This document shows positions 1-13,479 of a stretch of DNA of 64,000 nucleotides, one piece after another. The notes beneath the pieces are model-generated. The model ran no database searches. It was not told the DNA's origin and saw only the letters and a program-made list of their open reading frames with translations. The stretch's first letter is position 1. The number at the start of each line of letters is the position of its first letter. The stretch lies in assembly GCA_013265495.1 (NCBI GenBank), contig MU058844.1, positions 6,323,260 to 6,387,259 of the forward strand, read 5' to 3'. The stretch is from Vicugna vicugna. Its lineage: Eukaryota. The translations under genes and the position numbers were made by a program.

Positions 1-3000
1 CATTAAGTGAATGGCATTCCTCTCACACGTACATATACGCTAACATGAGTCAGAGGAGACAGGCTGGCACTACCTACAGTCTGAGTTGGAACATCAGTAT
101 CCTCAACTCTGATTACCTTGATGAATTTAAAATGCAAAAAGGACACAAAGACATGCTAGCATAGACCCTTCCTATCACTAGGTGATAGGAAACAACAAAT
201 ACAGTGTTTCAACAAAAGCATGGCATGAGATAATCAATCTGACTCATATATGCGAGCTACTAATTATGATTTTTTGCTGCACTGAGTGTTACGAGGTCTC
301 TAAAAGCCAATTAACTGCGCAAAAGGAAATACCAGCTGGTTTCAAATGAAGGGAACTCTCTAAGTCTCAGCTGCGCAATCTCCCAACTTTCTGACTTAAT
401 TCTGCAGCAGCGGTGTAAAGGACACACCCTCATCCCAAAGATGCTGATCACACGTTGGAAGAAATGTGCTCCCCACTGAGCAACCGAACCACAGAACTTT
501 TTACTGCATCGAAGAGGAAAAATGTGTTCACTGAAACTCAAGTTTAAAATACATAGTTTCTTAAGCTTGATTTCACGTTTTTGATACTTTCACATTTTGA
601 AAACAAAGCAATGACGTGTGCATAAACACTTTAAAAACGAGGTTAGGGAAAAAAATAAAAGGACTATGAAACAGCAGCTAAAAATCAGACGTGGCTTTCT
701 TGTTAAGCAGTTTTGAGATGTTCATTTACTTCATATTAAATGCAACTCTGAATTTCCAAAAATCTTTTTTTGAATTTTGTTATTTCCTAAAAGTTAAAAG
801 CAACAACCAGATTCACACAAAACCTCTATGGCATTATTGAATATGCTTAGAACAGGAAAAATATGCATCTGTGGTTTCTCAGCATTATCTTCAGCTATAC
901 CTACTTCCACACAGGAAATATAATGAGAGAGTGTATAGCCATAAAACCCACAAAATTAACTTCTCAGGGTGATTCAGTTTTTTTTCAAAGTCATAGAAAA
1001 TGTCCTTTGGATAGTATTATGCAGAGGCCTTTCTGAAGGAAAACTGAAATATAATTTAGTTTCAGTTGTGTTACATAGATCAGCATAAATAAGCAAGTGA
1101 AAGGCAGAAACAAGTAAAATGGAATTTAAGACTTTAAATGATTATGAGGCCTTCGAATTTACAAAATACATGCAGTTATGTTTACTCATTTAATTTTACA
1201 GTCTTAAGAATAATGGAATTTTAATCTCAATTTTACCAATGAGGAAAGTAGGCAAGAAGCCTTGACAGAGCTGAACAAGCAGCTTAAGGTCAAATGTCTT
1301 ACAAGTGTCGGAGTTAGGATTTTCCTATGTACAGTCCAGGACTCGAACCCATTTAACGTGGTGACTGAGAATCTCATCAACAACGGGAAAAATATCAGCC
1401 CTTGAAAAAAAAAAAAAGTCAAAACGAACAACCCATGAGGACAAATCCCCTAAAGTAATTTGCAGGATCCGGAAAGAGCTTGATACCCTGTATGTCATCC
1501 TCTAAGTCCCCTGTGGGCACGATGCTGTTCTCAGTACGTCTCAGTACATACAGAACAATAAATAAAAAACAGATCTTCCTGACATTTTCGGATAGAATGT
1601 AAATTAATAATAGGGAAGTGAAAAACTAAGTTTAGCAAGATTTTGTCATCCCCCTGAGTAACATTAAACCAAAGATAACGACTCTGAATCTGATCATCTA
1701 GCAAGTAGTTCTCCTTCCTAAGAGACACATGGTCTAAATCAGTAACTCTTAATACACATGCCAGGGGAGACCCAGGAGACACTTCACCTGCCATGTTATC
1801 CCACAGCTGCCGCACAGCCATTCCTACCTAATCCGTTACTGCTGGGACCGCAATTCTCCATACACTCAGGCAGTTAGCACACCTCCAGGCCTAGTATTTG
1901 AGAAAGGAATCAAGAGTTCACCCATCAGTGATGTTCGCACACATACTCTGTCTCCTTCCTTTCCTCTAGCTGTCTTCAGGTCATCAAAATAAGCAAACTT
2001 ACTTACTTATGGACATTCAACCTGAATTAGGATAGATAGCTCATAAAGGTCAGAATTAAGCGAGTTTTCTGATGAGCTCTGAGAGAACAAATAGTAAAAG
2101 AAGATGCATAAATTAGACAGCAGGTTTGCAGATAGAAACACTATTATTATTAGATGGAAGATCAGGAACTCGATGTGTTTTCTTGTTTGAAAGGAAGGTT
2201 ACTCTACTGCTACACAAAGAATGCTGCAGTAGCCAGGAGTAAATACGGCCTTATTAACCCAGTTTTTTTTTTTTAAATGCACTGTAGACTTCTAAGGAGT
2301 CAATTTACAGGCTAAAGCATGAGTTCAGCAAAAAAGTGAAAAAAGTTTTGAAGACATTTAGTAAAGAATTCAGCCTTTAGCAGAGTGTTGATCACATAGT
2401 AGATATCAGATATTATTTGTTGAATGACCTGGGAAAATTACTGCAGGGTCGTCTGAACAATTATGAGAACAACGCTGATCAATTACTTCAATTTAATCCA
2501 TCATACACTTACTGAGTGCCCACTAGGTATAAGTCAATCAACATACATTGCTGCATGGTGAAAATTCAAAGTTAGATTAAAACAATACTAACTTTTCCAA
2601 GGAAATTGCACCCTGATATTTTCATTTCTCTGTTAGGGGATGGGTTTCAGTCACAAGTGCAAGAAAATTGTAGCAGATAGCAAGAAGAAACCTGATATTC
2701 TGAGACATAGAGGGAGAGGTAACTAGAGAAATTTAACGTATCTGTTTTTTTAAATATGTGCATATTTCACTATATATTACATAATATGTTGTAATATGGA
2801 TTTTAAATTATATAATACATTTCATCTTTGAAAGTTATTTTTGCAAAATATTTTTACTGTTAGACAATGAGATTTTATGCAAAATTACAGCAGAGCCATT
2901 ATTATTTGAAAAAAATACACATTTTAGATAAAATAGCAAGTTAGAAAAATGTAAGTCAACACAGAAAAATCTGTATTATTGATTTCTTGTGATAATTTTT

Positions 3001-6000
3001 ACAGAAAATGACCATTTTCTATTTCTGATTTCAACTATTATTCTCTGCGCCCTCACTGAAATGCTTTTACATGGGAGATGTGTTAAAACTCTATTAAAGT
3101 TAGTCAATTATAGATAATCCATTGGCTAAATGAGCCTTCCAACAACAGACTAAAGTGATCGCTGCTGGAAATAGGGTTTTAGACTGAATCTATTCAAGAG
3201 AATGTGCTCCCTATTGACTGGTACTTAGAGAACTTGATCATTTTAGTTTTAATTTAGAAACTATAGTTAATGTCCCAAAACTCTACTTGAAATTTCTTTA
3301 TTAGCCCTTTTCACAAGGGAGCCAAACTGTTACTTCCTTATAACTGCCCTGCAATTTTCGGGGATTACTCTAAGTGTGAATTGCCAAGTATTCCTTCCAG
3401 CTGCCTCCCGTCAGGCTATAATCCCATACTGAGCCTTGTCAGAGGTCACTGGGCTCTTGGCTAATGCATTTCATTAGAGGGTGGAGAGCAGAGGGACTCC
3501 AGCACACAAATGGCGGGAGACATACAGCAGAACTGGGCACTACTTTAAAAAAAAAAAAACACTGAACTTCAAATCCACGAATTTTTAAAAAGTCTCTTTC
3601 AGTATGTTTTTAATTATTCAGAACAGAAGTTACTATAGCAAATGTTTATAATCACTTGACATGATTTTTCAATATCTGATAAATTTTGGAATTCAAACTT
3701 TCAAGCTAGGAACAGTGATGGATGGATCATTGTTAAGAAAATTATTTCTACCAACAAACCCGGTTTTCACAATTGCCCCTTAAATCCGTTTTTAGAATAT
3801 TTAAATGTTTACTCTCCCCTGATATTTAATATGTTGTTACATTTAGTTAAATCCTTGAGATCCCTTATCCTGAAATCTACTTTCAGTGAAGGCAGAAATC
3901 CGCAAATATTGAAAGTGGTAAAATTTAAATTTCAAAATGTCTGTCTTGTGGAATACTTTGATACATGAACACTGGTTGTCTCAACAAGATATAATTAGGT
4001 AAAAATGTCCACCATCTGTGTAGTAGGTGTTTTAAGAATTGCTCTTTAAAGCACACTACTACGTATTCTCTGTTTGCTTTTGATGATGTTTCTGTTCTTA
4101 TTTTTGTGATTTAGCATTATAGGAACAATCTTGAAAGACTATTCTTTAGAGAGATACTAATGTGCATTATGAAACATGCTAAGAAATATTTTTTTGTTAC
4201 TTCCACTGCTAAATTTAAATAATCTTAGCAGAAGTTAGGAAAAAATATGGATCTATGAAATCACATTATATTGAATAAGCTAGAAGAAGGTTCATTCCTA
4301 CATAGGGAACAATTATTTGGGGAAAAGAATCATGACTTCTAATCACACCTGTTTAAACTACAGAATTAAACTGCGCTGTCAAGAATTGTAAAATGAAATA
4401 ACCTGTATCTGACAACCACCCTGTCTCAATTGACAAAATAGGTTTATCTCTTTGAGAAAAATCTTCTTTCCTTTAGGAGATGGTTTACTCTAAATGCCCC
4501 TTAAAAAGAAAAAAGATAAAATACATCAAAACATGTTGCAAAATTTGAAGAAGTCATGTATTTAAACGTTAATGTTTTGCTTGCCCACCTGAAATGACTA
4601 GAGTCTGCATTTTTCTTCTTGAATTAACCAATTGATTCCATATCTGTCACAAGGAGTCACCTCTATAGGGAAACTAGAGTGACCCACTTATTCCCTTAGC
4701 TGTTTTTTAGACTGAATAGGCAAATAGGAATTTTTTAGAGCAGCAATGCTTTGGGTATGTTTTTGTCACTTCTATGTTATTATTTTATTCTCCACTTCCT
4801 CTGGAAAACGGAAATACACACATGTATGTATGTAGGATATATATATCTCCTAATTCGGGGGAGAGGCTGGGGACAATTTAAAAATTCATAAACATCATGA
4901 TTAAAACTTACTATGGTAAAATTAGTAAAAACTGTGGCACAGTCTCACTAATATTCATACATTCTGGTCAAAGAAACCCTAAAGTGTGCAATTATTTCTC
5001 AATCACAGTTTAAAAATCATTTATCAAATCAGAGCTTAAAGTAATATCTACTGGTTTCTCATAATTACTTAAGGCTCTCTCTGGTTTAGAACAGAAGCTT
5101 ATAAGCTGATGTCACTGAGTTTTCCTAAAGATATTCTCTTTTCAAAATATTTTAGACACCCAGAATTATTTCATGGCATTTTGATACGGTATCACAATTT
5201 CTTTCTCACCATAGTTTGCAGTCACCTGCCAGACCTCCATGGTGGTGGAACTGAATAACGTTTTTTTCTAAAATCCCAAGGCTTCAAATTAGGGATCAAG
5301 AGTAAGCTCTTCTCAACAGAGGGCTCATGGGTCTGGAATTTAATTAAAGTTCTTCTAGTGTCTGAAACGTTCTCAGTTTTCCTTCTTTCACCTATATACA
5401 GGAATTAGTTTAAAATTAAACATTTCTTTCAAGGGAAGTCTTGAGTATTCAACTTCACATTTGAAAATGAATTCTGTCCATACTTAAAATAGATGAATTA
5501 TTGGAAATTATAGAATGTGAAATATAACGCATCATTGAAACACTAAAAAAAAGATGATTATGTTGCAATATATTGGTATGCGGATATTAGATTGTAGACC
5601 TTCCAGTTCATATCACTTGCAGCACAAGAAATGTCTGAATTTGTAGCAAGGTGGGCCCCAGTTCCAACCGAGATTCATTCCCACTGAAATAATCCAGAGT
5701 TGTGGTTTCTTAAATATTCCAAATATAAAATGGCAACTTTATAGTTCTTAAATTCAAGTAGAATGATTGTAGTTTTGAAGATATTTTGTCTTTTTAATAG
5801 ATTAGTATACTTGTACCGTATAAGCAAATGAGGGATCAAGAAAACATGTACTTTGAAAAATGAGGAAAGAGGAGCTATTTTACCAGGAGCAAGGAAAACT
5901 TGAAGGCCAGCACGGCAGGCGTTTCAAAGCTTTCTTCATCATTTGAACAAGCATTACATAGAAAAGGTGATGTATCCTTTGTCTTGTGCCAACATGTAGA

Positions 6001-6699
6001 AATAGTACTAGTGAGTAGAAGTCAGAGAAATGGACATTTTGATTCAATTAAATTACCTAACATGGAGAAAAGTAATCTCAAAAAAGTAGCAAAGACCTCT
6101 GTGTGGTTTAAGGAAACTCGGAGGCTGTGGATCAAGAAACTGCAGGGATTCCTGCAGTGGGAGGGAGCGGGGATAACAGCCTCTAGGACCTCTTTCAACC
6201 CTGCAGTTCTTTGCTCTGTGTGTAGGTATACGATGAAAGAATGCAAGCAAGTGAAAAAAAATCCCTGCAATCTGCTTCTATGCCTATCATTTGCTACAAG
6301 CTTGAATGGCAAATCTGAAGTATAATAAGAATAGAGAAAAACCTTTTACGAGAAATTTTAAAATAATAAATTAAAAATGAGCATATATATTTTGACCTTT
6401 AAAAATAACACTGGCTGGTCTTCCTTTTGCTTCTTCTTGCTTCTCTTCTGTTTATCAAGGCAAGAGCAGGGATAAACTGCAAATGAGATGAGCCTTTTCT
6501 TATACCAAGAAGCAGGAAGTGCTTTATGAATGATGAGGACATGTTCAAAGGATACATGAAAGGGGCTATGAGTGACCAGATCTCTAAAAATTTGAATATC
6601 AAAATAATTGATAGAAACAGGTCATAACACATTGACCAAAAAAAGAAAAAAAAGAAGAAACCCTGAGATGAGATTGTTCTAGAGATGGATTCATTGAAT

Positions 6700-7352
6700 T
6701 TTTGTTGAGGAATGGGATAATGACATTGTGTGTACAAACTACTTATTAATTATAAAGGGTAAAAGATTAGCTTTGCAGTGGAGACATCTCCCTCAATCAA
6801 GTGATCAAAATGAGTATCATCAGCATGGAGCTAACTGAAGTTGTTGTATACCACCACCTAACAGGGTGCAGGGAGAAGAAGCCAGTGGTATGTCAATGAC
6901 ACATAACCTGAACCTAATCACTGGGAAACACTAGGCAAACCCAATGTGAGAGACACTTCAACAAAATAAATTGCTTGTCATCTTCCAAAGTGTCACAATC
7001 TTGAAAGTTGAGGAACTTTTCCAAAATGAAAAAACTAAAATGCAATGACAGCCAAATATAACACATGATTCTGAACTGAATTCTTGTGCTATAACAGATA
7101 TTGTTGAAACAATTAGAAAAATGTGAATGAGGTCTGAGGATTAAATGGCAATAACATACTGATGTTACTTTCCTGATTGTGATGCTTGTATTGTGATTAC
7201 GTAGGATGCTGTTGGTAATGAATGCACACCAAAATGTTTGAGGGTGATGGGGTAACATGTTGGAACCATACACTTAAATAGTTCAGAAAAAAAAAAATTC
7301 CCCAGTGCTGTGTACTTTCAACTTTTCTGTAGCTTTGTGATTGTTCACAATA
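6700..7352 (+). mobile_element. Ancient L1 3' UTR fragment (L1MC/L1MD type)
   Basis: Motifs ataacctgaacctaatca, aaaatgtgaatgaggtctgaggattaaatg, gatgttactttcctgattgtgat and caacttttctgtagctttg resemble L1MC4-like 3' UTRs. Confidence 0.7.
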
Positions 7353-7574
7353 ATATATATATGAAATTTCCATCATCATATTATTACAATTCATCTTCTT
7401 TTGGCTCCGTATGTATAAGGGCTGCTATCTAGTAGTTATATAATAATAGTATAGATTTATTTGTAATTAGTGATCTTTCCATTTTGAAAGTTTTCCAGTC
7501 CAGGATCAATGATCATCTTTTATAAATATTAAAAAAGAAACTTAGATATTAGCAAGAGACTTTGGATAGAACAG

Positions 7575-7775
7575 GGAACACTTGGGCCTTAGACTATCCC
7601 TGTGGTACACCTAATTAGATTGTTCATCTCAAGCATATCAATTAGCCTCTGTGCATAAATGTTTCCATGTTTTAAATGAAGCAAATACTACCAATCTAGC
7701 TAGGCTCTTGCACGCATCAAATGAATCAACCCATCAAGGGGCCCTAGTATAATGCCTAACATGTAGTTGATATCA
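7575..7775 (+). mobile_element. Degenerate MIR SINE
   Basis: MIR core-like agcctctgtgcataaatgtttccatgttttaaatgaag. Confidence 0.45.
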
Positions 7776-7779
7776 ACCC

Positions 7780-7980
7780 ATCCATTTCACTCATTCACCA
7801 AATCTTTATTGAGTAGTATTTGAGTTTCTGGCATAAATTCTGCACTGGGACTACAAAGATAAACAAGACACATCTGTTTCCTCAAGAATTTCATAACCTA
7901 GTGGGTAAAACATACAGTTTATGATATATGGAGATAAATGAAATGAGAAGGTATGTAACAGGATATCATGGAAGAATATC
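7780..7980 (-). mobile_element. L2 3' end fragment
   Basis: cattcaccaaatctttattgag...ctgggactacaaagataaacaagacac matches the reverse of the L2 terminus. Confidence 0.6.
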
Positions 7981-8069
7981 AAATAGAGATACTAACCACA
8001 TATAAAATATCTCATCCTCATAATGAACCACTAAGGTAGGTCCCATTGACGAGTATACTTTATAGGTCC

Positions 8070-9115
8070 TGAGCTTTTCTACCTGTACGTATTCACACAC
8101 TGACTTCATCTCATCTTATTCTTTTGAATATTCTTTATGTGTGGAACTGACTTCCTTACTTGCGTCTCCAAGTCAGACCTTTCCTTCTGAACTTAACCAT
8201 TTATGTATCTCACTGCCTTGGATGCAAATAGGCTTTTCAAACAACAAACTGAGCTAGCTTCTATCCGTAGTCAACAAAATTTGCTCTATAGCCTTTCCCC
8301 TATCGGTTAATGCTGACTCTTTCTGTTTAATCACACCAGAAATCATTTGAGTCATTCATGACTGTTTTCTCTTACTCCCCACAAGCCATCTACATAAAAG
8401 CTAGCTAGCTCTATTTTCACAGATAGATTCTCAGATCTGACCTCTTATTATTATCACCACTGCTACCACCTAGTTAAAAGCCTCTTCTTGAAGTCTTGGC
8501 TGAATTTTTGCAGTAGATTCCTTATTAGTCTCATTCTTCTGTCCTCACCCCATTTCAATCTACTTTTAACAAAGCAACCAGAGTGATCCTAGGAAACCAG
8601 AAGTCCTATCAGACCACATACAACTCTGCTCAAACCATTTTCATTGCTTCCCAACTCACTCAAATAAAACCAAAGTCCCAGAAACTACCACAGGGGCCTT
8701 TAAGTCCTCCACCTTCCCCTCCTCTTCTGCTGCTCAGAGCTTTTGCACTTGCTACTTCCTTCTTAGAAAGCTCTTTTCCCTCCATTTGTAAAATCTTCTC
8801 CCTCTCCTCCTTAAGGTCTCCTCTCAAATGCTGTATCCTCAGGGGGAATCTTTCCTCGTGTCCCTGTTAAACACTCACCCCCACGTACCCCCGGCATTCC
8901 TTATCTGCCTCCTTGTTTCTCCCTCGTTTTTCCTGAGAGTACTTCGCTCACCTCTGCATATTTTCGTCATTGTCATCTCGTGTCTGCCTTCTCCCACCAG
9001 AATGTAAGGCCCACGACAGAAGGAGTTCTTGTCTGTGTTATTCGCTGCTCTTTCCTAAGCTCCTGATACAGGGCCTGGCACATACTAGGCACTTAATAAA
9101 TACATCGCAAATGTT
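8070..9115 (+). mobile_element. L2 (L2a-like), ~1 kb of 3' portion
   Basis: Typical L2 3' motifs ending ctcccaccagaatgtaaggcccacga...gggcctggcacatactaggcacttaataaatac. Confidence 0.85.
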
Positions 9116-10044
9116 TGATCACACCTGCCTCATCTAGCAAGAGGCAGTAATTAGAACTGAAACCCAGGGATCTGATTCCACAGTCGGTGCTCTTACCCTT
9201 TGGACTATACTCTTGAGATTACCTTTAGCTCTTCTCCATCTCAACCCTGAATACCGATTCTTTTCACCGCTCTCCATAACCTGGACCACCTCTGAGAAGT
9301 TCCCTGGTGCTGCAGCTCTGACAATATGTATAAATTGAACTGACGGATGCAGAATATTGTTGTAGAAGAGGGGTGGCTATAAGAGGGGATAGATTATTGG
9401 AGGAGCTTAGATGTCAAATAGGAAGATACCTGACTCTGTGTCAGGTCATGACAAAATTTCCTATGCTTCTAGAGTCAGCGTCTATGTATATGTGCTCCGG
9501 AAGCACAGCCCAGTGCATTTAGGAAATAGTTTCTAAGCACTAGAAAACATTATGCTTTACAGATTACTTTTAACATACACACATACATCCCACTCCTCCC
9601 TCCCCCTAAATTGGCACTGATATTCCATAATATTCTACTCCCTAAACATAGACACACCTGCATAGGTTAGTATGAAAGCCAAGTTGACAGCATGTTTTAT
9701 GCACTGGCTTATTTCTTGGCCAAAGATTTGTTTTCTGTCATGGAGACCAGGCTTTAGAGCTGTTTTTAATGCAACATAATAGAACACATATCGAGAGATC
9801 TCAGCCAACATACAAAGTGTATATTGAACACCTCCTCTGTCCAAGGTGCAATGAGGCTGGAGAGAAGGGTGAAACAGAGTCGTGTCCAGGAGTTTGCAGT
9901 TTGGATGAGGAAAGAAAACTAGTAGATACGTAAAATAATTATCAGATAACTAACAGACAAACTGTAACTGACAAAAGAATTCAAATAAAAAGATGAAACT
10001 GAACCCAAGTCGTTAACGCAGGCCCTGTGAAGGAAGGAAAAGAA

Positions 10045-10170
10045 CACTTAGTAAGCACCTGCTGTGTGCCAGGTGCTTTGCATATATTGCCTCACTTAAT
10101 CATCACAGTAACCATATGGGGTCTGAATGATTCCATTATTTTTATAGATGAGGAAATTGCATTGAGGTTA
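10045..10170 (-). mobile_element. MIR SINE
   Basis: agcacctgctgtgtgccaggtgctttgcatatatt...atttttatagatgaggaaattg. Confidence 0.8.
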
Positions 10171-10534
10171 GTCCAGCAAGAATTTATTGCCAGGTTATTA
10201 CAAACACTTTGTATCTTCAGCTTGGCATTGTGTTCCTGGCCGAAGATACAAAACGATGGTTTTCTGCCCTTTAGGAAACTGCAGTCTTGGCTGAAGAGGT
10301 GGGTAACAAGATAGGTGAACATAATTTCAATCGAATGTTGAATCCCACTAATTAGACTCAGCTGACATTCTGTGGGAACACGAAGCTTCTACCCAAAAAT
10401 GTGGGTCCCAAGGAGGTTTTTCTGGAAGAGGAATGTGCCTCTACTGAATCTTGAATGATGATGTCAGTGAAACTGGTTTTCCAGCAAAGGGGATGGCAAG
10501 ACCAAAGCCACAGAGTTCTGACACTGCATGGCAG

Positions 10535-10950
10535 GTATATTGGTCAAAGTCATGGTAACTGTTGTAAGAAACCAACTCGAAAATGTACATTGACTCAAAC
10601 TTGATAGAAGCTGACTTTTCTCATGATTGTGCTGTCAAAGTGAGTGCTCTGATGTCAAAGAGTTTCTTCTGAAAGTGATGGTTTAGAGACCCAGGATCTT
10701 CCCATTTTAAATCTCCACCGTCGTCAACATGTGTCTTCCAAGGTCTTCAAACTGGGGCATCAGGTTGAAAGAAAGGTGAGAGAACCAATGGGAGGTTCCT
10801 TTCAGTCCTGGAAGCACTTGACCTCACTGCCATTTTCCCAGAACACAGTGGCCACGCCTATCTGCAAGGGAGGCTGAGAAATACATTCTATCTTTTTTCA
10901 CAGGAAGGGAAAAATTTGTTTCCTGAACACATAGTGATGTCGGCTATCGT
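10535..10950. mobile_element. Old MaLR LTR (MLT1I/J/K-like)
   Basis: Contains ggccacgcctatctgcaagggaggctgagaaatac, characteristic of old MLT1 LTRs. Confidence 0.6.
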
Positions 10951-11608
10951 GTATAAATTCTGTTATTGCTGTGGAATAAGGTTCAGGGAGAGAGAAAGAA
11001 ACAGCCTCATCATTGACAACTTTTCATTTCATGATAAGAAATTTCAGTTCAAATCAACAAACATTTATTGAGCATAGCCAGAAACTATATTAGGTCGTAG
11101 AAGGCAAAGAATTAAATCCCAAGCTTTGCCTTCAAGATAGGATAACACAGAAAAGGACATTGATAAGAGTATTTTCATTTTTTCTTGTAGGTGATGGAGA
11201 CATGGGGAAGGGAAGAGCACAGAAATAAGGGAATGGCATGATCTGACTTGCTCTCTGTGTGTGATTTAGGTGACAGTAAGCATGATGCATTTGAGAGTGA
11301 AAGGCTAAAGGGAAAAAGAAAAAAACTGACTTAAAATAGGTGAGTGTTAGTGGAATGGAAAGAAAAAAAAATGAAAAGTAGGAGGTGACAATTTACTATA
11401 TGTGGAGAATGGAGGAAAAGTCAAGATGAATCTTAGGTTTCTGGCTTGGGTAAATGAGGGGGAGGCTTTACCGACAACAAAGATGTGGAATACAAAAGGA
11501 GAATTTGGCCCAGGACATAGGATAGCAAAGTGAATTCAGTTTTGACAAATTTAATTTGAAATGCCTGTGAAACATCCAGTTGGAGGTATTCGTCTGAATC
11601 CTGGGTAC

Positions 11609-12066
11609 TGTGGTAAGCTGCAGAATGACCCCCCCAAAGATTTCCACACAGTCATCCCTGGAAGCTTACCTGGTAAGAGAGACTTTGCAGAAGTGAATTA
11701 GTTAAGAAGCTTGAGGTGGGAAGATTATCTTAGATTATCCAGGTGAGCACACTGTCATCACAAGGGACCTTAGAAAAAAGTATCGGAGAGAGAGGAAAAG
11801 AGGATGGAAGCAGAGATCAGAGAAGAGAGGAAATGCCAGGCTGCCGCCTTTGAATGTAGAGGAAGTGGCCCTGAGCCAAGGAGTGTGGGCTTGGAAGGAG
11901 AGGTGGGAAAGGCACGGAAATAGACTCTCCCATCAAACCTACTGACACCTTGACTTTAGCCCAACAAAACTGATTTTAGACTTCTCACCTCCAGAACTGC
12001 AAGAGAACGACTTTGTGTTGTTTTAAGCCACTTTGTGACAGTTGTAGCAGCTAGGAAACTAACGCA
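11609..12066 (+). mobile_element. MaLR solo LTR (MLT1D-like) with intact termini and TSD
   Basis: TG...CA ends and 5-bp TSD GGTAC (11604-11608 / 12067-12071). Motifs gagactttgcagaagtg, gattatccaggtg, gacttctcacctccagaactg, tgttgttttaagccac. Confidence 0.92.
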
Positions 12067-12311
12067 GGTACAAATATTCATTTCTCAGGAATAAACATGT
12101 AGGTAAGTTAAAACCATGAAGTTAGTGGAGGCTCGGGTGCGCACAGCTCAAGCTGCTGCAGCTGCGGCCACCGCCGGAGGAACCTTGTTCCACATGCTCC
12201 CAATACCTTGACTTTAAGGATCAATCAGAGGACAAATACTTATGAGGATTGACCAAGAATTGATGAGCAACACAGTATCAGAAGAACCGGGGGAACCATG
12301 GCATCACAGAT

Positions 12312-13115
12312 CTCAAAGTGGGGAGGAGGGAGGTTCCCCCCACCTGCAACAAGCAATGCTCTGGACACCAGCTGGGTGACCTCCAATTCAACTCCACTCT
12401 GACACTATTTACCTAGAGATAGCATCAGATTCTGCAGGTTAAGGGTTTCAACTTACAAGACTGATGCCCACCCCTCCAAACCTGCTGTCCACTTCAGAGG
12501 CCAGCTGCAAGACCAAGTTGTTATCTGTGCTTGTAAATGACCAGCTACAGATCAGAGGGTTCCACACCCTCTTCCTTGGATCTCAGATGCCAGTCAACAA
12601 GTCCAGGTTGTCTCCTGTAGTTCTGAAGGAATGGCTAAAAAAACAGAGGTTTCCAAAACCCTCCTCCTTGGGTTCATTAATTTGCTAAAGAAGTTCACAG
12701 AACTTAGAAAAAAATATTTACCTTCTAGCTTCCATAATTAGCTTTCATGTTCTCTCCAGGCGTGCCACTCACCCAGCACCTACATCTGTTCACCAACCCA
12801 GAAGTTCTCCGAACCCTGTCCTTTTGGGGTTTTATGAGGGTTTCATTATATAGTCACGACTGATCAAATCATTGGCCATTGGCTCCTTGGGGGTTGGGGG
12901 TGTGGTACTGACAGTTCCAACCCTCTAATCACATGATTGGCTCCCTTTGACTTTCCATAGGATACCTAAGGGCTTTCCAGAAGTCACCTCATTAACATAA
13001 CAAATGACATCTTTATTGCTCTTATTACAGGTGATTCCAAGGGATCTCAGGAGCTCTGTGCCAGGAACTGGGTTGAAGACCAAATATATTTCTTATTATA
13101 AATCACAATATCACA
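12312..13115 (-). mobile_element. MER21-like ERV LTR
   Basis: Minus-strand 5' end tgtgatattgtgatttataataagaaatatatttggtcttc; internal ggacaccagctgggtg and ctgacactatttacctagagatagcatcagat. Confidence 0.85.
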
Positions 13116-13479
13116 GATACAAAGTTCAGACTGATTTTTTTTTTTAAAACTCCTATCCTGCCCATCTGCATGGAATCCTGGTGTTTCCGACTGATAGCCC
13201 ACTTTTCTCTTTGTGGTACAATTTATTCCATGGATACATCAACCAATTCTTCTTATTAAAACAATGCATTGGAACACCTGTCTTTGGAATATTTTTATTC
13301 TGAACTTTTTGGAAGTTAAGGTTTTATTCTACTTAAAGGATGACAAACATCAAAAAGATGAGATTTCCTCTTGTGGGAGGAGGTGACGGACCATTAACAG
13401 TGAAATCAGAATGGCCTGACTGTCCCTTTCATCTGGCAATGGCTCCTTGGCGCTGAATTGACTTTGCATCATTTCTTTC

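Larger units (their letters stand above)
10175..12310 (-). mobile_element. Fragmented L2 remnants interrupted by LTRs
   Basis: L2 antisense motifs aacaaacatttattgagca, gtcaagatgaatcttaggtttctggcttgggtaa, tttgaaatgcctgtgaaacatccag and aaaaccatgaagttagtggag. Confidence 0.65.

Noticed and set aside
5900..6325. 141-aa ORF with overlapping antisense ORFs
   Set aside because: Non-ATG start and no recognisable homology or splice structure.
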